Part shown: piece by piece, positions 11,205 to 24,229 of the stretch
Layout of the letters: each line of letters starts with the position of its first letter
Position numbering within the stretch: the stretch's first letter is position 1
Source of the DNA: Felis catus
Lineage: Eukaryota
Length of the DNA stretch: 64,000 nucleotides
Assembly (NCBI RefSeq): GCF_018350175.1
Contig: NC_058368.1
Coordinates: 77,688,001-77,752,000, forward strand
Reading direction: 5' to 3'
Notes under the pieces: generated by a model
The model's database searches: none
What the model saw: only the letters and a program-made list of their open reading frames with translations
What the model was told of the DNA's origin: nothing
Program-made: the position numbers and the translations under genes

Positions 11205-12190
11205 CAAGAAGTAACAGCTCATCGTGGTTTTGATTTGCATTTCCCTGATAATTTGTGATATTGGACACCTTTTTATATATTGGTTGGCCATTTGTAACTT
11301 GTTCAGATGGCTTTACCAAAAAAAAAAAAAAAAAGACAGCAAATGTCAGTAAGGATGTGGATAAAAGGAATCCTTGTGCGCTATTGGTGGGAATGTAAAT
11401 TGGTGTAGCCACTGTGGCAAATGGCATGAAGCTCCTCAAAAAAATTAAATAGAACTACCATATGATCCAGAAATTCTACTTTGAGTATATATTAAAAGGA
11501 AGTGAAATCAGGATCTCAAAGAGATACCTGCACTCCCATAGTCATTGCAGCATAATTCACAGTAGCCAAGACATAGAAGCAACCTAAATTTCCACTGACA
11601 GATGGAATGGATAAAGAAAATATGGCATCTGTGTGTAATGGAACATTATTCAGCCTTAAGAAAAAGAAAGAAATCCTGTCATTTATGAGAACATGGATGA
11701 ACCTGGAGGTCATTATGCTAAGTGAACTAAGCCAGTCACACAAGGACAAATACTGAATGATTTCATTTACACGATAAACCAAAAATGACCAAAGTCTTAT
11801 AAGTAGAGAGTAGAATGGTTGGTGCCAGGGGCTGAGTGTGTGTGTGGGGGGGGGGGGGGCGGAATGGGGAGGTGATGGTCAAAGTTTTGGCTATACAGGA
11901 TGAATGAATCCTAGAAATTTATTATACTGCATAGTGCTTGTTGTAACAATACTGTATTGCAATCTTAAAATTTTGCTAAGAGGGTAGATCTTATGATAGA
12001 TATTCTTGACAGATTTATTGATAGATAAGTAGATATATAGACAGATAGATAAAAGGGTAGCAGGAAACTTCCGAATGGATCCGTTTATGGCATAGATTAT
12101 TCTGATTGTTTCAGAGATGTACACTTAGCTCCAAACTCATCAAATTGTATATATTAATTATGTGCAGTTCTTGTATGTCATATATATGTG
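11205..12190 (+). mobile_element. L1 3' end with 5' inversion (11205-11296 antisense)
   Basis: ORF2-end/3'UTR motifs on + preceded by the adjacent upstream L1 segment in reverse. Confidence 0.85.
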
Positions 12191-12634
12191 AACGTACATG
12201 TATTTGTGTGGAGATAGGTAGATGACAGCAACACAAGAAATGAAAAAGAAAAAAGAAGCAGTTGGGAAAGGTGCTCCAGGCAGAAGAAACGGGGTGTGCA
12301 AACGCCAAGAGCCTTGGGCTGCCTCACACTCAGGAGTGGCCTGGGGTACAGGGAGCACATACCAGAACACAGAACGACAGAATGAGGGATGAAATTATCC
12401 AAGGAGGAGCTGCTCCAGGAAGTGCCTGCTGGGTACAGTCAAGTGCCATTGGTTCCCCTGGTTGTGACAGAAAAATGAGCATCTGATAGATCAGGCACAA
12501 AGTGAAGTTCAATGGGAAGGCATTTAGTGTTTAAAACAAACAAAAAACAAAAAACAAAAAAAACTTCCTTGACCTTCAACATGAGTTGAAGGAAAACTGT
12601 TTTGATTTATGCACTCTTAAAAGGTTTAAATTCT

Positions 12635-12848
12635 GGGGCACTTGGGTGGCTCAGTCCATTGAGCATCTGACTTCAGCTCAGGTCATGATCTCACAGCTCG
12701 TGAGTTTGAGCCTCTTGTCGGGCTCTGTGCGGACAGCTCGGAGCCTGGAGCCCGCTTCGGGTTCGGTGTCTCCCTCTCTCTCTGCCCCTAGCCCACTCGC
12801 ATTCTCTGTCTCTCTCAAAAATAAATAAATATTTAAACAATTTTTTTA
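12635..12848 (+). mobile_element. Can-SINE (feliform type)
   Basis: ggggcacttgggtggctcag head; TSD aaaggtttaaa. Confidence 0.95.
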
Positions 12849-13049
12849 AAGGTTTAAACTCAAATTTTTGAAAGAGTATACCGATGGGGCAACATGGACA
12901 TATTGGAGACAGACGATAGAAGGCCTGAGACTAAGTTATGACATTTTCCACCTATGACAAAAGTGTTATTTCAATATAAATAAAGGAGTTACTTGTTATT
13001 TGTCACTGGCCTAATATTTTTTTTTTAATTACTCAACTATCTTTAAGAA

Positions 13050-13328
13050 TGGTTTAGATGCAGCACCAAAAGCATAATCCAGGAAGGAAAATTTTGGTAA
13101 ATTAGACTTCACCAAATTATAAACTTGTGCTCTGTAAAGACAAGGTCAGGAAGACAAGCCCAGACTGGGGGAAAGGTATTCCCAAAACACATATCTGAGA
13201 AAGGACTGGTGTACAAAATATACGAAGAAAACTTAACAGTGAGAAAAGAAAGAACCCAATTTAAAAATGGGCAAAAGATCTGAACAGACACTTCACCAAG
13301 GAAGAGATGCAGATGGAAAATAAGCATT
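13050..13328 (+). mobile_element. L1 ORF2 fragment
   Basis: aattagacttcaccaaaatt, aaaaatgggcaaaagatctgaacagacacttcaccaag. Confidence 0.85.
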
Positions 13329-13360
13329 GGTTATTTTTGAAATAGATCTTTTTGCTTTAC

Positions 13361-13467
13361 ACCATACAGCTAATAAATTACAAACTGATCAAAGTCTTTA
13401 ACATACAACATAAATGTAAATAAACTGATCCATTTTGTAAATACACAACAAAAGAAGGCTTTCTCAA
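13361..13467 (-). pseudogene. Exon remnant: EKAFFCCVFTKWISLFTFMLYVKDFDQFVIY*LYG
   Basis: Strong acceptor tgtgtctttcactgtcag|, donor GGT|gtaaag; phase 1-0; W placed as in the recalled C-terminal RGS helix (AEEYILLLLLEPW). Confidence 0.55.
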
Positions 13468-14318
13468 CTGACAGTGAAAGACACAGTAAAGCAAGAAAGA
13501 TTGACTTATTTCCATAAATAATATATATAAGATAGAAAGCATTTTTTTATCACAGACCACAGTAATATTGTAGTGCTGTATTTTTATGATGCATTGCACT
13601 TAGTTGTACAGAGTTCAAGAAACAGCCTCATTCCAAGGCTGCAATATATGAAAGCCACTTGGGTCTGCAAGCAGTTTTTTTTTTCTCCTAAAGCAAAAGT
13701 AAGTAAAAGTCCATTGTGTGTAAGAAAATCCTTTGTAGGCTTAACTTTTTTTTCCCCCCGTTTTTATGACATCTTTTCTGTGCATGTGAACTGAAGTCTT
13801 GTATTTTGGAACCAAACCAAATGTTTAATTAAAAAGTGAAATGAATATTCCTTTATACCTCATTTCTTTCATCTCACCCCCAAAGAGGCAAGAGTGGGAG
13901 GTGACAAGATGATAAATTAAAAAGCCAGAAGCCCGGACATCTCCAGGGATTCACAACCTCCACATTTATCCCCAAGCGGCACAGCTGTGCAGCTCTCAAA
14001 GCAGGCTCTGCCCCCAGAGGGACCGTAGATGGGGGCTCAGTCGCAGGGGTGAGCGACTCTTTACATAACAACCAATTATTTTTCTAATTTACCACATCTC
14101 TCAAAAATTCTCAGGCTTAGCACCTACCTCTAATATTATGAACTAACAACTGACATCGAGGGTATTATTCTGTGCTAAGAGTGGGTGTGCTCTGTCCCAA
14201 TATGCTTACTTGTTTCAAGGCCTCTGTTCTATAAAAGATGTTTCCGGGCATCAAATTCAATTTCTGCAAAAGGTACACAGAATTCTGTGGCTCAGTAAAG
14301 CATTGATCTGTTTTGTAC

Positions 14319-14432
14319 CTGGCAAATCGCACGACAGATTTCGACATGGTGCCACCTTTTGCGAGGTAGCATATATTGTAAGGTTAACATGTTGTAGGTA
14401 TTATAGTTGTATTTTGTATCATGTATACCAAC
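14319..14432 (-). pseudogene. Exon remnant, 114 nt (ancestral frame ambiguous)
   Basis: Acceptor ttatcattatccgcag|, donor CAG|gtacaa; open in phase 0, two stops in the phase 1 frame that joins the next exon. Confidence 0.55.
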
Positions 14433-15061
14433 CTGCGGATAATGATAATAAATGTTTTTTTTCAAATGTGATTTTTGCTTTTCTCTCAGCTCATAGTTCT
14501 CAAGGCAAAGTTATTCTACAATTAGTTTTCTTCGAAAGATTCTTTACAGAGGCATCAAATTTAGCCTTTAAATGCAAGAACACCTTTGACTCATGGCAAT
14601 AGAATCTAATCACAGCTATTAGAAGGAAATACATGACATTAAGGTTATTTCTAACATAATCCTATTCTTTAAAAAGGATTCCGTTGGCACATGTGGACAC
14701 ATCTTTTAGTATTTAATGTGGGACTTAACAACCACCTTATAGAATAATGCGTCTAAAATCAAGAGTATACTGCCTTGATTTTAACTGGTCACCTAAAAGA
14801 GCAGAATCCAGAGGATATTTTTGTTAAAAGGGACCATAACAAAGCCTGAGGTCTAAATAAAGACCAAAGCTACGGATTAGGAAGATTTCAGATTTATCAT
14901 TAACATCGCTTCAAGTAGAAATAGTTTCTATTCTTTTTTAACATGTTAGATGTAGTAAAAATAACTTTGAGAAATTATACTTTCATTGAATGGAAAAAAG
15001 ATATTAATGATAACTGTCCTAGTATTAATGAAAACTATCATTAAGAAGAAGTAAGTCAAAC

Positions 15062-15254
15062 CGGGTGAAATCATGCTACGATGTGCACAAATGTTCACAC
15101 GCAATGTCATTTGTGAACTAAATTCCTGTAAAGAATGCTAGACGAATACAGCTGAGCAACACGAGATTTTAAACAATGCTTCAGAAGCATTCCTTTATCT
15201 CTGTATTGAATTTCCTCAACCGTGTGTTCTACATAAAAACACTCTGAATGCCAC
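15062..15254 (-). pseudogene. Exon remnant: CFYVEHTVEEIQYRDKGMLLKHCLKSRVAQLY
   Basis: Acceptor ttttattctttccacctcacgggcag|; donor uncertain; RGS helix 4-5-like pattern (VEE). Confidence 0.5.
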
Positions 15255-15767
15255 CTGCCCGTGAGGTGGAAAGAATAAAAAAAATGTGTCCTTTTCTTGC
15301 ATGCATATTTAGTCTCCAACTAGGTCAGAGACATTTTTAAGAAATTGTATCTGCTTTTATCTTTCTTTTTATTTATCTATTTCAGCAAGTACACGCTGCA
15401 AGTTTTCAAAACATGTTTTTTGATGATAGTTTTAAGACCCAATGAAGCACTACATTGAGCTGAGTGGAGAAGCATAGACGTGTCCTTCTTCCCACTTTTG
15501 CCCTGGCCTCGGATCCCAGGCCCTGCCAATCATCTTGAAGATGGAGTTTAAAAAGGCATTGGGTTAGTCTGTTCATATCTTTAGGCAGTCACTTATTTAA
15601 CATTTAGCTGTTTTCCTTGGCCTTGTAAACATGGCCTTTGACCCTTATCATATTAGTGTTTCTGTTGAGGAAAAGGGAGATGTTTCTCTGTTCACTTATA
15701 AATCGTGCATTTTGCCATTGTGTGCGCTCTGAGTTAAAGATCAGTGTTGTGTGTCTCTGCTCTCTAC

Positions 15768-15878
15768 CATAACTGCAAATCCCTGAGAATCTCTGAAAGG
15801 CTCTCAGAGAATCCAAAGAACTACAAATACAAAGTTCGAAGTCTGAACAAATACAGAGTTCATATTGTCGTCAGTTCC
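15768..15878 (-). pseudogene. Exon remnant: ...SSLDSLRAFQRFSGICSYG
   Basis: Strong acceptor ttcttttgtttgtcttttggttctag|, donor ATG|gtagag; resembles recalled RGS22 EFERFKKFIKGTLG. Confidence 0.55.
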
Positions 15879-15959
15879 CTAGAACCAAAAGACAAACAAA
15901 AGAAACTCATCTCCAAATGATTAGAGTCAATTATGAACCAAGATATGCAGAATGGATAC

Positions 15960-16041
15960 GGATAAAGAGATGTTAGGAGTTTCACATGTGCAATTGGGTA
16001 TTTCTTCACGTACTCAGCGAAGATCTGTTAGGTATAAAATG
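15960..16041 (-). pseudogene. Candidate exon remnant
   Basis: Acceptor ttcttctctcttcccaccacgtag|; weak donor gtatcc leaving an ~81-nt intron; stops in all frames. Confidence 0.35.
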
Positions 16042-16099
16042 CTACGTGGTGGGAAGAGAGAAGAAACAGGCATGCGATATCATTGCCATCAAACACAGT

Positions 16100-16735
16100 G
16101 TGCAGTGAAGAACCATTTCACCAGGGCTCATGTGGTCCAAGCCTTGCATATTCCAGAAAAAGGCCTGTTTCAGGAGGGCTCGCCTTTGACTGGCTTCTCA
16201 GCCCTTGGAAGGTCCTACCCAATAACAGCGACTGGGTGTGCCTGCAGCCTGGGGCCACGCTGTCTCTGTTTGACCAGATAGTTTATGGTGACAATGTAGC
16301 TTACAGTAAATGCCTTTTTTTGATATCCCAGAGGCCTTTGGCTCCCCTGTCTCAGTGGTTTGACCTATACAGAGCTGGGGACTGAGCAGCTAGGGTCAGT
16401 TACTTGAGTGCCACATGCCTGTGTGACTGGCCCTCAATAAGACCCTGAACCCCAAGGCTCAGTGAGCTTCCCTGGCTGGCACACATCACAGGTGCTGTCG
16501 CATCATTGCTAAGGGAATTGGGCTACTGACAGGACTTCGCTCGGAGACGACACCTGGAAGCTGGCACCTGGTGTCTCCCGGGCTTCACCCTAGGAACCTT
16601 TTCCCTTTGCTGATTGTAATCCGCATCCTTTCACTATAAGAAACCGTGAGCATGAGCGTAACAGCTTTCCTGAGTCCTGTGAGGCCTGCCTGTTAAAGCC
16701 TCAAACTCAAGGGTGGTCTGGGGACCCCTGACTTG
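16100..16735 (+). mobile_element. Solo LTR, MER21-like
   Basis: ggctcagtgagcttccctggctggca, cttttccctttgctgatt, ctgagtcctgtgag, gggtggtctggggacccctgac. Confidence 0.7.
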
Positions 16736-18346
16736 GATGTGCACACCATGACGGAAGTGCAGAAGGAGAGATGTTTTCCACAGAGATTCAGGGGCGATCT
16801 GGGCTAGAAGGAGAGGGGTGGCTCGGATCTTGAAGAAGAAAGGAAAGGGACCCTCATTTCTGAGTACCACTCAAGCTAGAAATAGAGCTTCATGACTTCA
16901 CATAAATTATTTCATTCAGTCTTCACAGCATCCCTTGATGCAGGAATTGCCATCTTTGTTTTATTAATGAGGCGACCGCATCGATAGACGGAAAGGATGG
17001 TAGTTTAGGTGACAAAGTCCCTGTGCCTCACCGTCCCTGGGGCACAGAGGCATCATCTCATGTGATCTGTGAAGGAAACTATACATATGCAGGAGACAGT
17101 ACAGAACAGAGTGAGGGAAAAGGACTGTGCTGGACCAAGTAAATAAATAAAAGCATGCATGTCAAACTTGAACTTTCCCCTGTAGGTGCTACAGATATGT
17201 CGAATAAGGTGAAAGAGAAAGGGGCTGGTTTTTGTCTTCCACAAGTCTGTGAACTGTGGAGCGTAAACATCAATGGAAAGGACAAGATAAAACAGAGACC
17301 AAGGTCTCCTAATACAATGCGGCTGAAAATCAGGTTTACTTATCGTTCGTGACGGACGTAGTGTTACAGAGGCTCAGAATGGAGGTGGGCTGGCTGTGGA
17401 GACCAGAGAGCTTCCTCAGGGGAAGAAACACGTAGGACGGAAGGGAAGAAGCATGGATCGTACTTACACAGACAAGGGAAAAAGAGAGAAAGAAACTCCA
17501 CAGAAGCAGGAAGAGCAGGTAGCCCCCACCTGGAACCAGACACAGCTTGTTGCTGGCATCATGAGACGGGAGGTTTGCTTTCTTGTCCTTCGGAGGCTCG
17601 TAAGTGTGGGGCACTTCTGGTAAACAAATCCTTCAGCTGTAGGTGGGTATAATCAAGGGGCTGGGCACAGAGGGCATACACTTGAGAAACAGGGACTACC
17701 AACAGACGTAGATGTAGAAAGCAAGACCATTTTCCTAGGTTCCAACCCACCTGTGGGACACCGAAACCTGTGTTCCCATTCAAGCAGGTGGTCAATCTCC
17801 CTCCTCACCTTCCCAAACCATGCTACCTTGGATAAGTTACCAAGTCCCAATGTGGCCATTTTGCCTGTCTGTAAAATAGACATAATTTATTTACCAACTC
17901 ACATCAAAGCTGGCACACCATGGTGACCGATGCAAGACAATCACCAAGTGACCATCGGCCATTACTGATATTACGAGGAAAAGTGAATGAAACTTAAAAG
18001 TGAACTATTTGACAACGGCATAGACAGTGTGTGCTGTTGGGGGCAGGGCGGGCGAGTCGAAATGACACTGCAGTGACAGAACAAGGGGACTGGGAGAAAG
18101 TACCCCACTGTGAGCTTCGACTGCTTTCGGGGCTCACGTTGAACCTTCGTATTATGAGAGATCGTGCCGTGGTTTAAATACACGCAATATGAAATTTTAA
18201 GTGATCATACGGGTCACACTCTGTCCTTGTTTCAAAGGTTACATTTTGGTGTATAACCTTCCCTTTAACTTTTTTATTTATAGCACAAAGATCAGCAAGT
18301 CTGATTTATATTCACTTGTTTATTGCTTCTATCATCAAAATTATCT

Positions 18347-18562
18347 GGGGGTGCCTGGGCGACTCGGTCAGTTGAGCGTCCAGTCCTTGATTTTGTCTCA
18401 GGTCATGATCCCAGGGTCATGGGATCAAGCTCCGTGTTGGGCTCTGCACTGAATATGGAACCTGCTTAAGATTCTCTCACTTTCTCCTTCTGCCCCTCTC
18501 CTCTGCTCACACATGCTCTCTCTCTCTCAAAAAATACAAAAAAATAAAAAATAAAATAAAAT
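18347..18562 (+). mobile_element. Can-SINE
   Basis: Head, (CT)n and A tail. Confidence 0.9.
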
Positions 18563-18762
18563 AACCTGGAATTTGGCAATATCATAGAGATTTTAAACTT
18601 AGACATGTTTTAATACAAAAGGAAATTACATATGGCATCCTGGTCTATTAAATATTTCTTTTTTTGGTTTACTAAATATTTCTATATTGTTAATGCATGC
18701 CATCAGTAATGTGGTATAGTTATTTAGATATCTTTCTGTTCCCTTTTTTTCCAGCAGAAACT

Positions 18763-18967
18763 TTCAACGTTTATTTATTTTTGGGACAGAGAGAGACAGA
18801 GCATGAACGGGGGAGGGGCAGAGAGAGAGGGAGACACAGAATCGGAAGCAGGCTCCAGGCTCCGAGCCATCAGCCCAGAGCCTGACGTGGGGCTCGAACT
18901 CACGGACCGCGAGATCGTGACCTGGCTGAAGTCGGACGCTTAACCGACTGTGCCACCCAGGTGCCCC
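18763..18967 (-). mobile_element. Young feline SINE (SINEC_Fc type)
   Basis: Near-consensus body; direct repeat tccagcagaaactttca at 18750 and 18968. Confidence 0.95.
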
Positions 18968-19045
18968 TCCAGCAGAAACTTTCAGGTGTTTTCACTTTTC
19001 CTTTGAATCCTTTGCACCCCCCCCAAACCATCCCATTCAAACTCT

Positions 19046-19250
19046 TTTTTTTAACTTTTAAAATGTTTATTTATTTTTGAGAGAGAGAGAGCAGGGGAGG
19101 GGCAGAGAGAGAGGGAGCCGCAGAATTTAAAGCAGGCTCTAGGCGCTGAGCTGTCAGCACAGAGCCCGACACAGGGCTCGAACTCATGAACCATGAGATG
19201 ACCTGAGCCAAAGTTGGATGCCCAATCGACAGAGCCACCCAGGCACCCCC
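19046..19250 (-). mobile_element. Can-SINE
   Basis: TSD attcaaactct at 19035 and 19252. Confidence 0.95.
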
Positions 19251-19377
19251 GATTCAAACTCTGTTTACTCATATCTGAGCACCTGCCCCATCCTTCATGC
19301 TCTGTAGGAACCTCTATCCCAGAAGATCCTGTGAACAAAAGCAACCGCGAAACGAACTGCTGTTGTACTGCTTGCAC

Positions 19378-19468
19378 CTGATACATCATCCGTGCTAATG
19401 CCTTCCTACGTAGGGAGCGTCTGCCCATTTTCGCCAACCAGAGCCAGGAAAGGAATCCTATTCCACAC
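19378..19468 (-). pseudogene. Candidate exon remnant, 91 nt
   Basis: gctattttag| ... CAG|gtgcaa; CpG-retaining unique sequence. Confidence 0.4.
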
Positions 19469-19535
19469 CTAAAATAGCGCTGTAGCTATTGATTAGATGG
19501 AGCGCTAGGGGCAAGCTCAGGAATGTGATTCTTAC

Positions 19536-19688
19536 AGTAATAAGGGCAAGATTCATTGAGGGGAGAGCACTGGGGAGGAGAAGACAATTGGGGGAAGATG
19601 GTCGCCAAGAATCTCAGCACGGGGTCTACAGCAAATGCGGCAAGGACTTCTTGCCTGGGGCCCCAACCATTGTCTGTCCCTTGTTGGC
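19536..19688 (-). pseudogene. Candidate exon remnant: QQGTDNGWGPRQEVLAAFAVDPVLRFLATIFPQLSSPPQCSPLNESCPYY
   Basis: gcgctctag| ... ACT|gtaaga; 153 nt fully open, phase 1-1. Confidence 0.45.
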
Positions 19689-19909
19689 CTAGAGCGCACG
19701 GACAGCTTATAAAACTTCACACTTTGAGTGGTCTGGTCTCTTCGACTTCAGGCAGAATCAGGGATAGAGAGAGTTTATTAATGGTTTATTTAAAGGTGTA
19801 TTTCTCAAGATGAGAGAGAAAAGTAAAACCACTGAATTAAGCTGGAAATGGGCTCTGAACTGGGGAATATCTCTTTGTGTCATATGGTTCTTCGAAACTT
19901 CTTGTAAAG

Positions 19910-19910
<1 letters not shown>

Positions 19911-19957
<47 letters not shown>
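19911..19957. repeat. (TG)n microsatellite
   Basis: Direct. Confidence 0.97.
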
Positions 19958-19959
<2 letters not shown>

Positions 19960-20187
19960 CTTTTCAGGGTGTTTTCTCAGTTTTTCCTCTATTTGGGGGT
20001 TGTTTAGGCAATGTGCAGATGGGGTGATGGTGTTGCAATCTGCTCTTGTCTCCTTCAAATCGCTCTATCAACTTCATTCATTCCAAGTCTCCCATTCACT
20101 TATGTCCATGTGGCATTGCACTCAACGGATGGCGATCCCTGTGGCAATCACGTTCAGATTTGACTCCCTCTCCCACCCAAACTTCAC

Positions 20188-20344
20188 CTGACATTTTGGA
20201 CCTTTATCTTTCTTGGGAAATTTATTAGCCTTTTCATCTTTTACTTCAATACGCTCTTTGAACACATGTGTAAATTTGTTTACATATAGTTTACCATAGG
20301 TTCTTGGCCACTCAGATTTACAAAGCAAGCCACATCGTTCCACC
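20188..20344 (-). pseudogene. Candidate exon remnant: VERCGLLCKSEWPRTYGKLYVNKFTHVFKERIEVKDEK...
   Basis: ttccatgtcag| ... CAG|gtgaag; open (lies in ORF 20122-20343). Confidence 0.4.
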
Positions 20345-20979
20345 CTGACATGGAACTAGATGAATCCTAATCCTGGTGACATTTCTATTATGAATAGAAA
20401 TGAGAAACATCAAGTTAAAATCTATATAATTTTGGCACCCAACATAGAAAAATAAGTAAACATTTTTTAAAAATTCATAGTCCACCTATAAAGGGATAGC
20501 AGTGTATTCAAGTCCTGCTTATTCTTTAATGTGGCTGTGAAATCAAGTTACTGAAATCCACAATGGAAATTCGATTACCTTCTTCTAATTCTTATGGTAT
20601 AATTTTTTGTGATTAATGAAAATAAAGAATCAATTAAAAAGCTTGTTGTCACTATTGCACTTAGCATGGGAGTACCTATATGAGAAGCAAATAGCATCAT
20701 CAGGAAGTCAAATCCTTCAAACTATCGGCAAAATTTTTGCACTTGATTAGCCAATCAATATTTGGAACTATTAAACTCAGTAACTGTCAGGCTAAGGAAG
20801 GGCACATGGCTGTTCCTTGCCTCTGTCTTGTGCCATGGCAATGCATGGAATTAATGCAAATCAGAAACCAACTGCTGATATGTTTTAGAATTCAAAGAAG
20901 GAAAGTGCTAAACACTCTGGTGAGCTATAGTGATTTTTGTTTCAATTTAATTCAATCCTAACTTATTAAAATTTCCTGT

Positions 20980-21190
20980 GGGGCACCTGGGTGGCTCAGT
21001 TGGTTGAGTGTCTGACTCTTGGTTTTGGCTCAGGTCATGATCTCATGGTTCATGAGTTCGAGCCCTGAGTGGGGTTCTGTGTTGACGGTGTGAAGCCTGC
21101 TTGGGATTCTCTCTCTCTCCCTCTCTCACTGTTTCTCCCCTGCTTGCTCTCTATCTCTCTTTCTCAAACTAAATAAATAAACATTGAAAA

Positions 21191-21233
<43 letters not shown>

Positions 21234-21235
21234 AA
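20980..21235 (+). mobile_element. Can-SINE with (TAAA)n tail
   Basis: ggggcacctgggtggctcag head. Confidence 0.95.
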
Positions 21236-21729
21236 TTTACTTGTAATCATGGGGCAATGGAAGCCACCATCTGAAAATCTAGGCTCCATTCAATAAATAT
21301 TTGCAGGTACCAAGGAGAATAACCATTCATGTGCCTACCCTCCTAACCCCTAGTACCTGGACAAGGAGGAGTCAGAAACCCTTGACTCTGGTCCATGGCC
21401 AGATGAAGTCAGTGCTGAGAAAGCGCTGCTCTAAGTCTTTATAACCACGACGGTTACGTCAGGCCCCAATGCCCCCTTCATCAAAATTCTGTGCCTAAGT
21501 TTGCTCACTTTAGTACTGGTAATTATTAAAAAAAATACAAAAATAGAATGAAATAAGATGTGAACAGATGTCTATTTGTAGCAGCGGGCTGATCAGATGT
21601 ATTATTTAAACTGCAGATACAAACCATCTAGACCTTTTCGACAAAATAAACATGTAACAGACACCTTTAAACGAGCGAGTGAGCTTAGGGAATAGTAAGG
21701 GAGGAATCAAATATATAGACACATCACTA

Positions 21730-22665
21730 TAATGATGGCTAATACCAAAAAGGTAAGAGATAACAAGGGTTGGCTGAGGATGTGGAGAAAAGGGAACCCT
21801 TGTGCATTATTGGTAGGAATTGGTGCAGCCTCTATGGGAGACAGCATGGAGGTTCTTCAAAAATTTTAAAATAGCAATGCTATACGATCTAGCAATTCCA
21901 CTACTGGGTATTTATCCACAGAAAACAAAACTCTAATCTGAAAATGTATCTACAGCCTTACATTCATTATAGCATTATTTACAATAGCCAAGATATGAAG
22001 CAACATAAGTGCCCATCAGCAGATGAATAGATAAGGAAAATGTCACACACACACACACACACATACACACACACACACGTGCGCACATGCACACAGGAAT
22101 ATTAGTCAGCTATAAAAAATAACGAGTACACCTGGGTGACTCAGTTGGTTGAGCGTCTGACTTCAGCTCAGGTGATGATCTCGCAGTTCATAAGTTCAAG
22201 CCCCACATCAGGCTGCCTGCTGTCAGCCTATCAGTTCAGAACCCACTTCACATCCTGTGTCTGCCCCCTCTGTCTGCCCTTCCCCTGCTTGCACTCTCCC
22301 CCCAAAAAAATAAATATTAAAAAAAATAATGAGATCTTGCCGTTTTGTGACAACATGGATGGACCTAGAGGGTATTATGCTAAGTGAAACAAGTCAGAGA
22401 ATGACAAATACCATATGATTTCACTTCTATGTGATATATAAAAAGCAAAACAAATGAATGAACCAAGAAACAAATAGAAACAGAATCATAAATACAGAAA
22501 ACAAATTGGTGGTTGCCAGAAGCGACAGGGTTGGGGGTGTGAGTGAAACAGATGAAAAGGAGCAAGAGGGACAAACTTCTAGTTATCGAATAAGTAAGTC
22601 AAGGGGATGAAAAGTACAGCATGGAGAATATAGTCCATATTGTAATAACATTGTATGGTAATAGA
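21730..22665 (+). mobile_element. L1 3' end interrupted by a Can-SINE (~22127-22326)
   Basis: gaggatgtggagaaaagggaaccc, acaacatggatggacctagagggtattatgctaagtgaaa; SINE TSD aaaaaataa(c/t)gag. Confidence 0.9.
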
Positions 22666-22704
22666 AGGAAGGAAGGAAGGAAGGAAGGAAGGAAGGAAGG
22701 AAGG
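22665..22704. repeat. (GGAA)n microsatellite at the L1 tail
   Basis: Direct. Confidence 0.95.
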
Positions 22705-23049
22705 TATGAGCAAAGCACTTTGGAAACAAAGAAGAGGGAAAATACTCATAGTGAGAGAAAATAATTATCTGATAGGTATATTTGTATGACATCAGATCAA
22801 AATGCACATGCTAACATACACAGATTAGTTATTGCCATTAATCTACTTGATGAGTCTTTAATAAATATACAGAAGAGTGATTGTAGTTAATATGATACAA
22901 AAGATGGAATATTTTGCTGAGTTTTGAGCAGTTTCTCAATACAATTTTTACCATAAAATATGAACCTTGATTTCTCTCAAAGTTCTGAGGTCTTACTTTC
23001 AGATATACTGATTTTTTTAATGTGATTTAAAAATCTACTCAATATCTGT

Positions 23050-23270
23050 GGGGTTTCTGGGTGGCTCAGTGGGTTAAATGTCCGACTTTGGCTTAGGTCA
23101 TGACCTTGCATTTCGTGAGTTCAAGCCCAGCGTCAGGCTCTGTGCTGCCAGCTCAGTGCCTGGAGCCTGCTTCTGATTCTGTGTCTCCCTCTCTCTCTGT
23201 CCCTCCCCCACTCACGCTTGGTTTCTCTCTCTCCCTCTCTCACAAAAATAAATAATCATTACAAAAATTA
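23050..23270 (+). mobile_element. Can-SINE
   Basis: TSD taaaaatctactcaatat. Confidence 0.95.
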
Positions 23271-23346
23271 AAAATCTACTCAATATTTGAAAAAACACAG
23301 TGATGGTAAGTGTTAATAAGTTCCTTCTTTTAATAAGATATTCTAA

Positions 23347-23570
23347 GGGCGCCTGGGTGGCTCAGTCAGTTAAGCGGCCGACTTTGGCTCAGGTCATGAT
23401 CTTGCGGTCTATGGGTTCCAGCCCTGCATCGGGCTCTGTGCTGACAGCTCAGAGCCTGGAGCCTGTTTCAGATCCTGTGTCTCCCTCTTTCTCTGACCCT
23501 CCCCTGTTCATGCTCTCTCTCTCTCTCTGTCTCAAAAATAAATAAATAAATGTTAAAAAATTTTTTTTAA
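23347..23570 (+). mobile_element. Can-SINE
   Basis: Full head, body and tail. Confidence 0.95.
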
Positions 23571-23801
23571 GTAATATATTCTACTTTGGAATCTATTTAT
23601 TATCTTACAACCCAGCTACATAGAAAGTTTTTGAACATATCCTTTGAGAGATGAGAGATTTTATTGTTTATAATGATCATGTTCATAGATGATGTTTCAA
23701 GGCAAATTTTTTAAGATTATAAAAAAGGCACATGATGTCTGTAAGTCTAACTACAGTAACAAAAAACTTGAAGTGTCTACTATGGATAAAAATTGTATCT
23801 G

Positions 23802-24014
23802 TTTTTAAAATGTTTATTTATTTGTGAGAGAGACAGAGAGACAGAGCACAAGTGGGGGGGAGGAGTAGAGAGAGAAGAAGACACAGAATCCGAGGCAGGA
23901 TCCAGGCTCTGAGCTGTAAGCACAGAGCCTAACGCGGGGCTCGAACTCACAAACCACGAGATCATGACCTGAGCCAAAATCAGACACTTAACCAACTGAA
24001 CCACCCAGGTGCCC
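23802..24014 (-). mobile_element. Can-SINE
   Basis: Full element in reverse. Confidence 0.95.
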
Positions 24015-24229
24015 TGTAAATTATTTCTTTTTAATCAAGATAAATTTATGGCATATCTCTTAAGAGGGTAAAAATCAATATCTAGGGCTATTTTGGGCCC
24101 CACAGAAACTATCAAAAAATAAAACAAATTATTTTAAAACATGCTAGAATGATTAAATCTTAGCTGTAAGGGTCTAATAATCCCTGTCTCAACTTTTTTA
24201 TAATTTTTTTGCATATACTTATTATTAAA

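Noticed and set aside
17468..18320. Further possible minus-strand exons (~17530-17637, 17975-18067; also ~20676-20791, 24607-24687, 25793-25873)
   Set aside because: Plausible splice sites, but no clear frame or homology support, so not listed as features.
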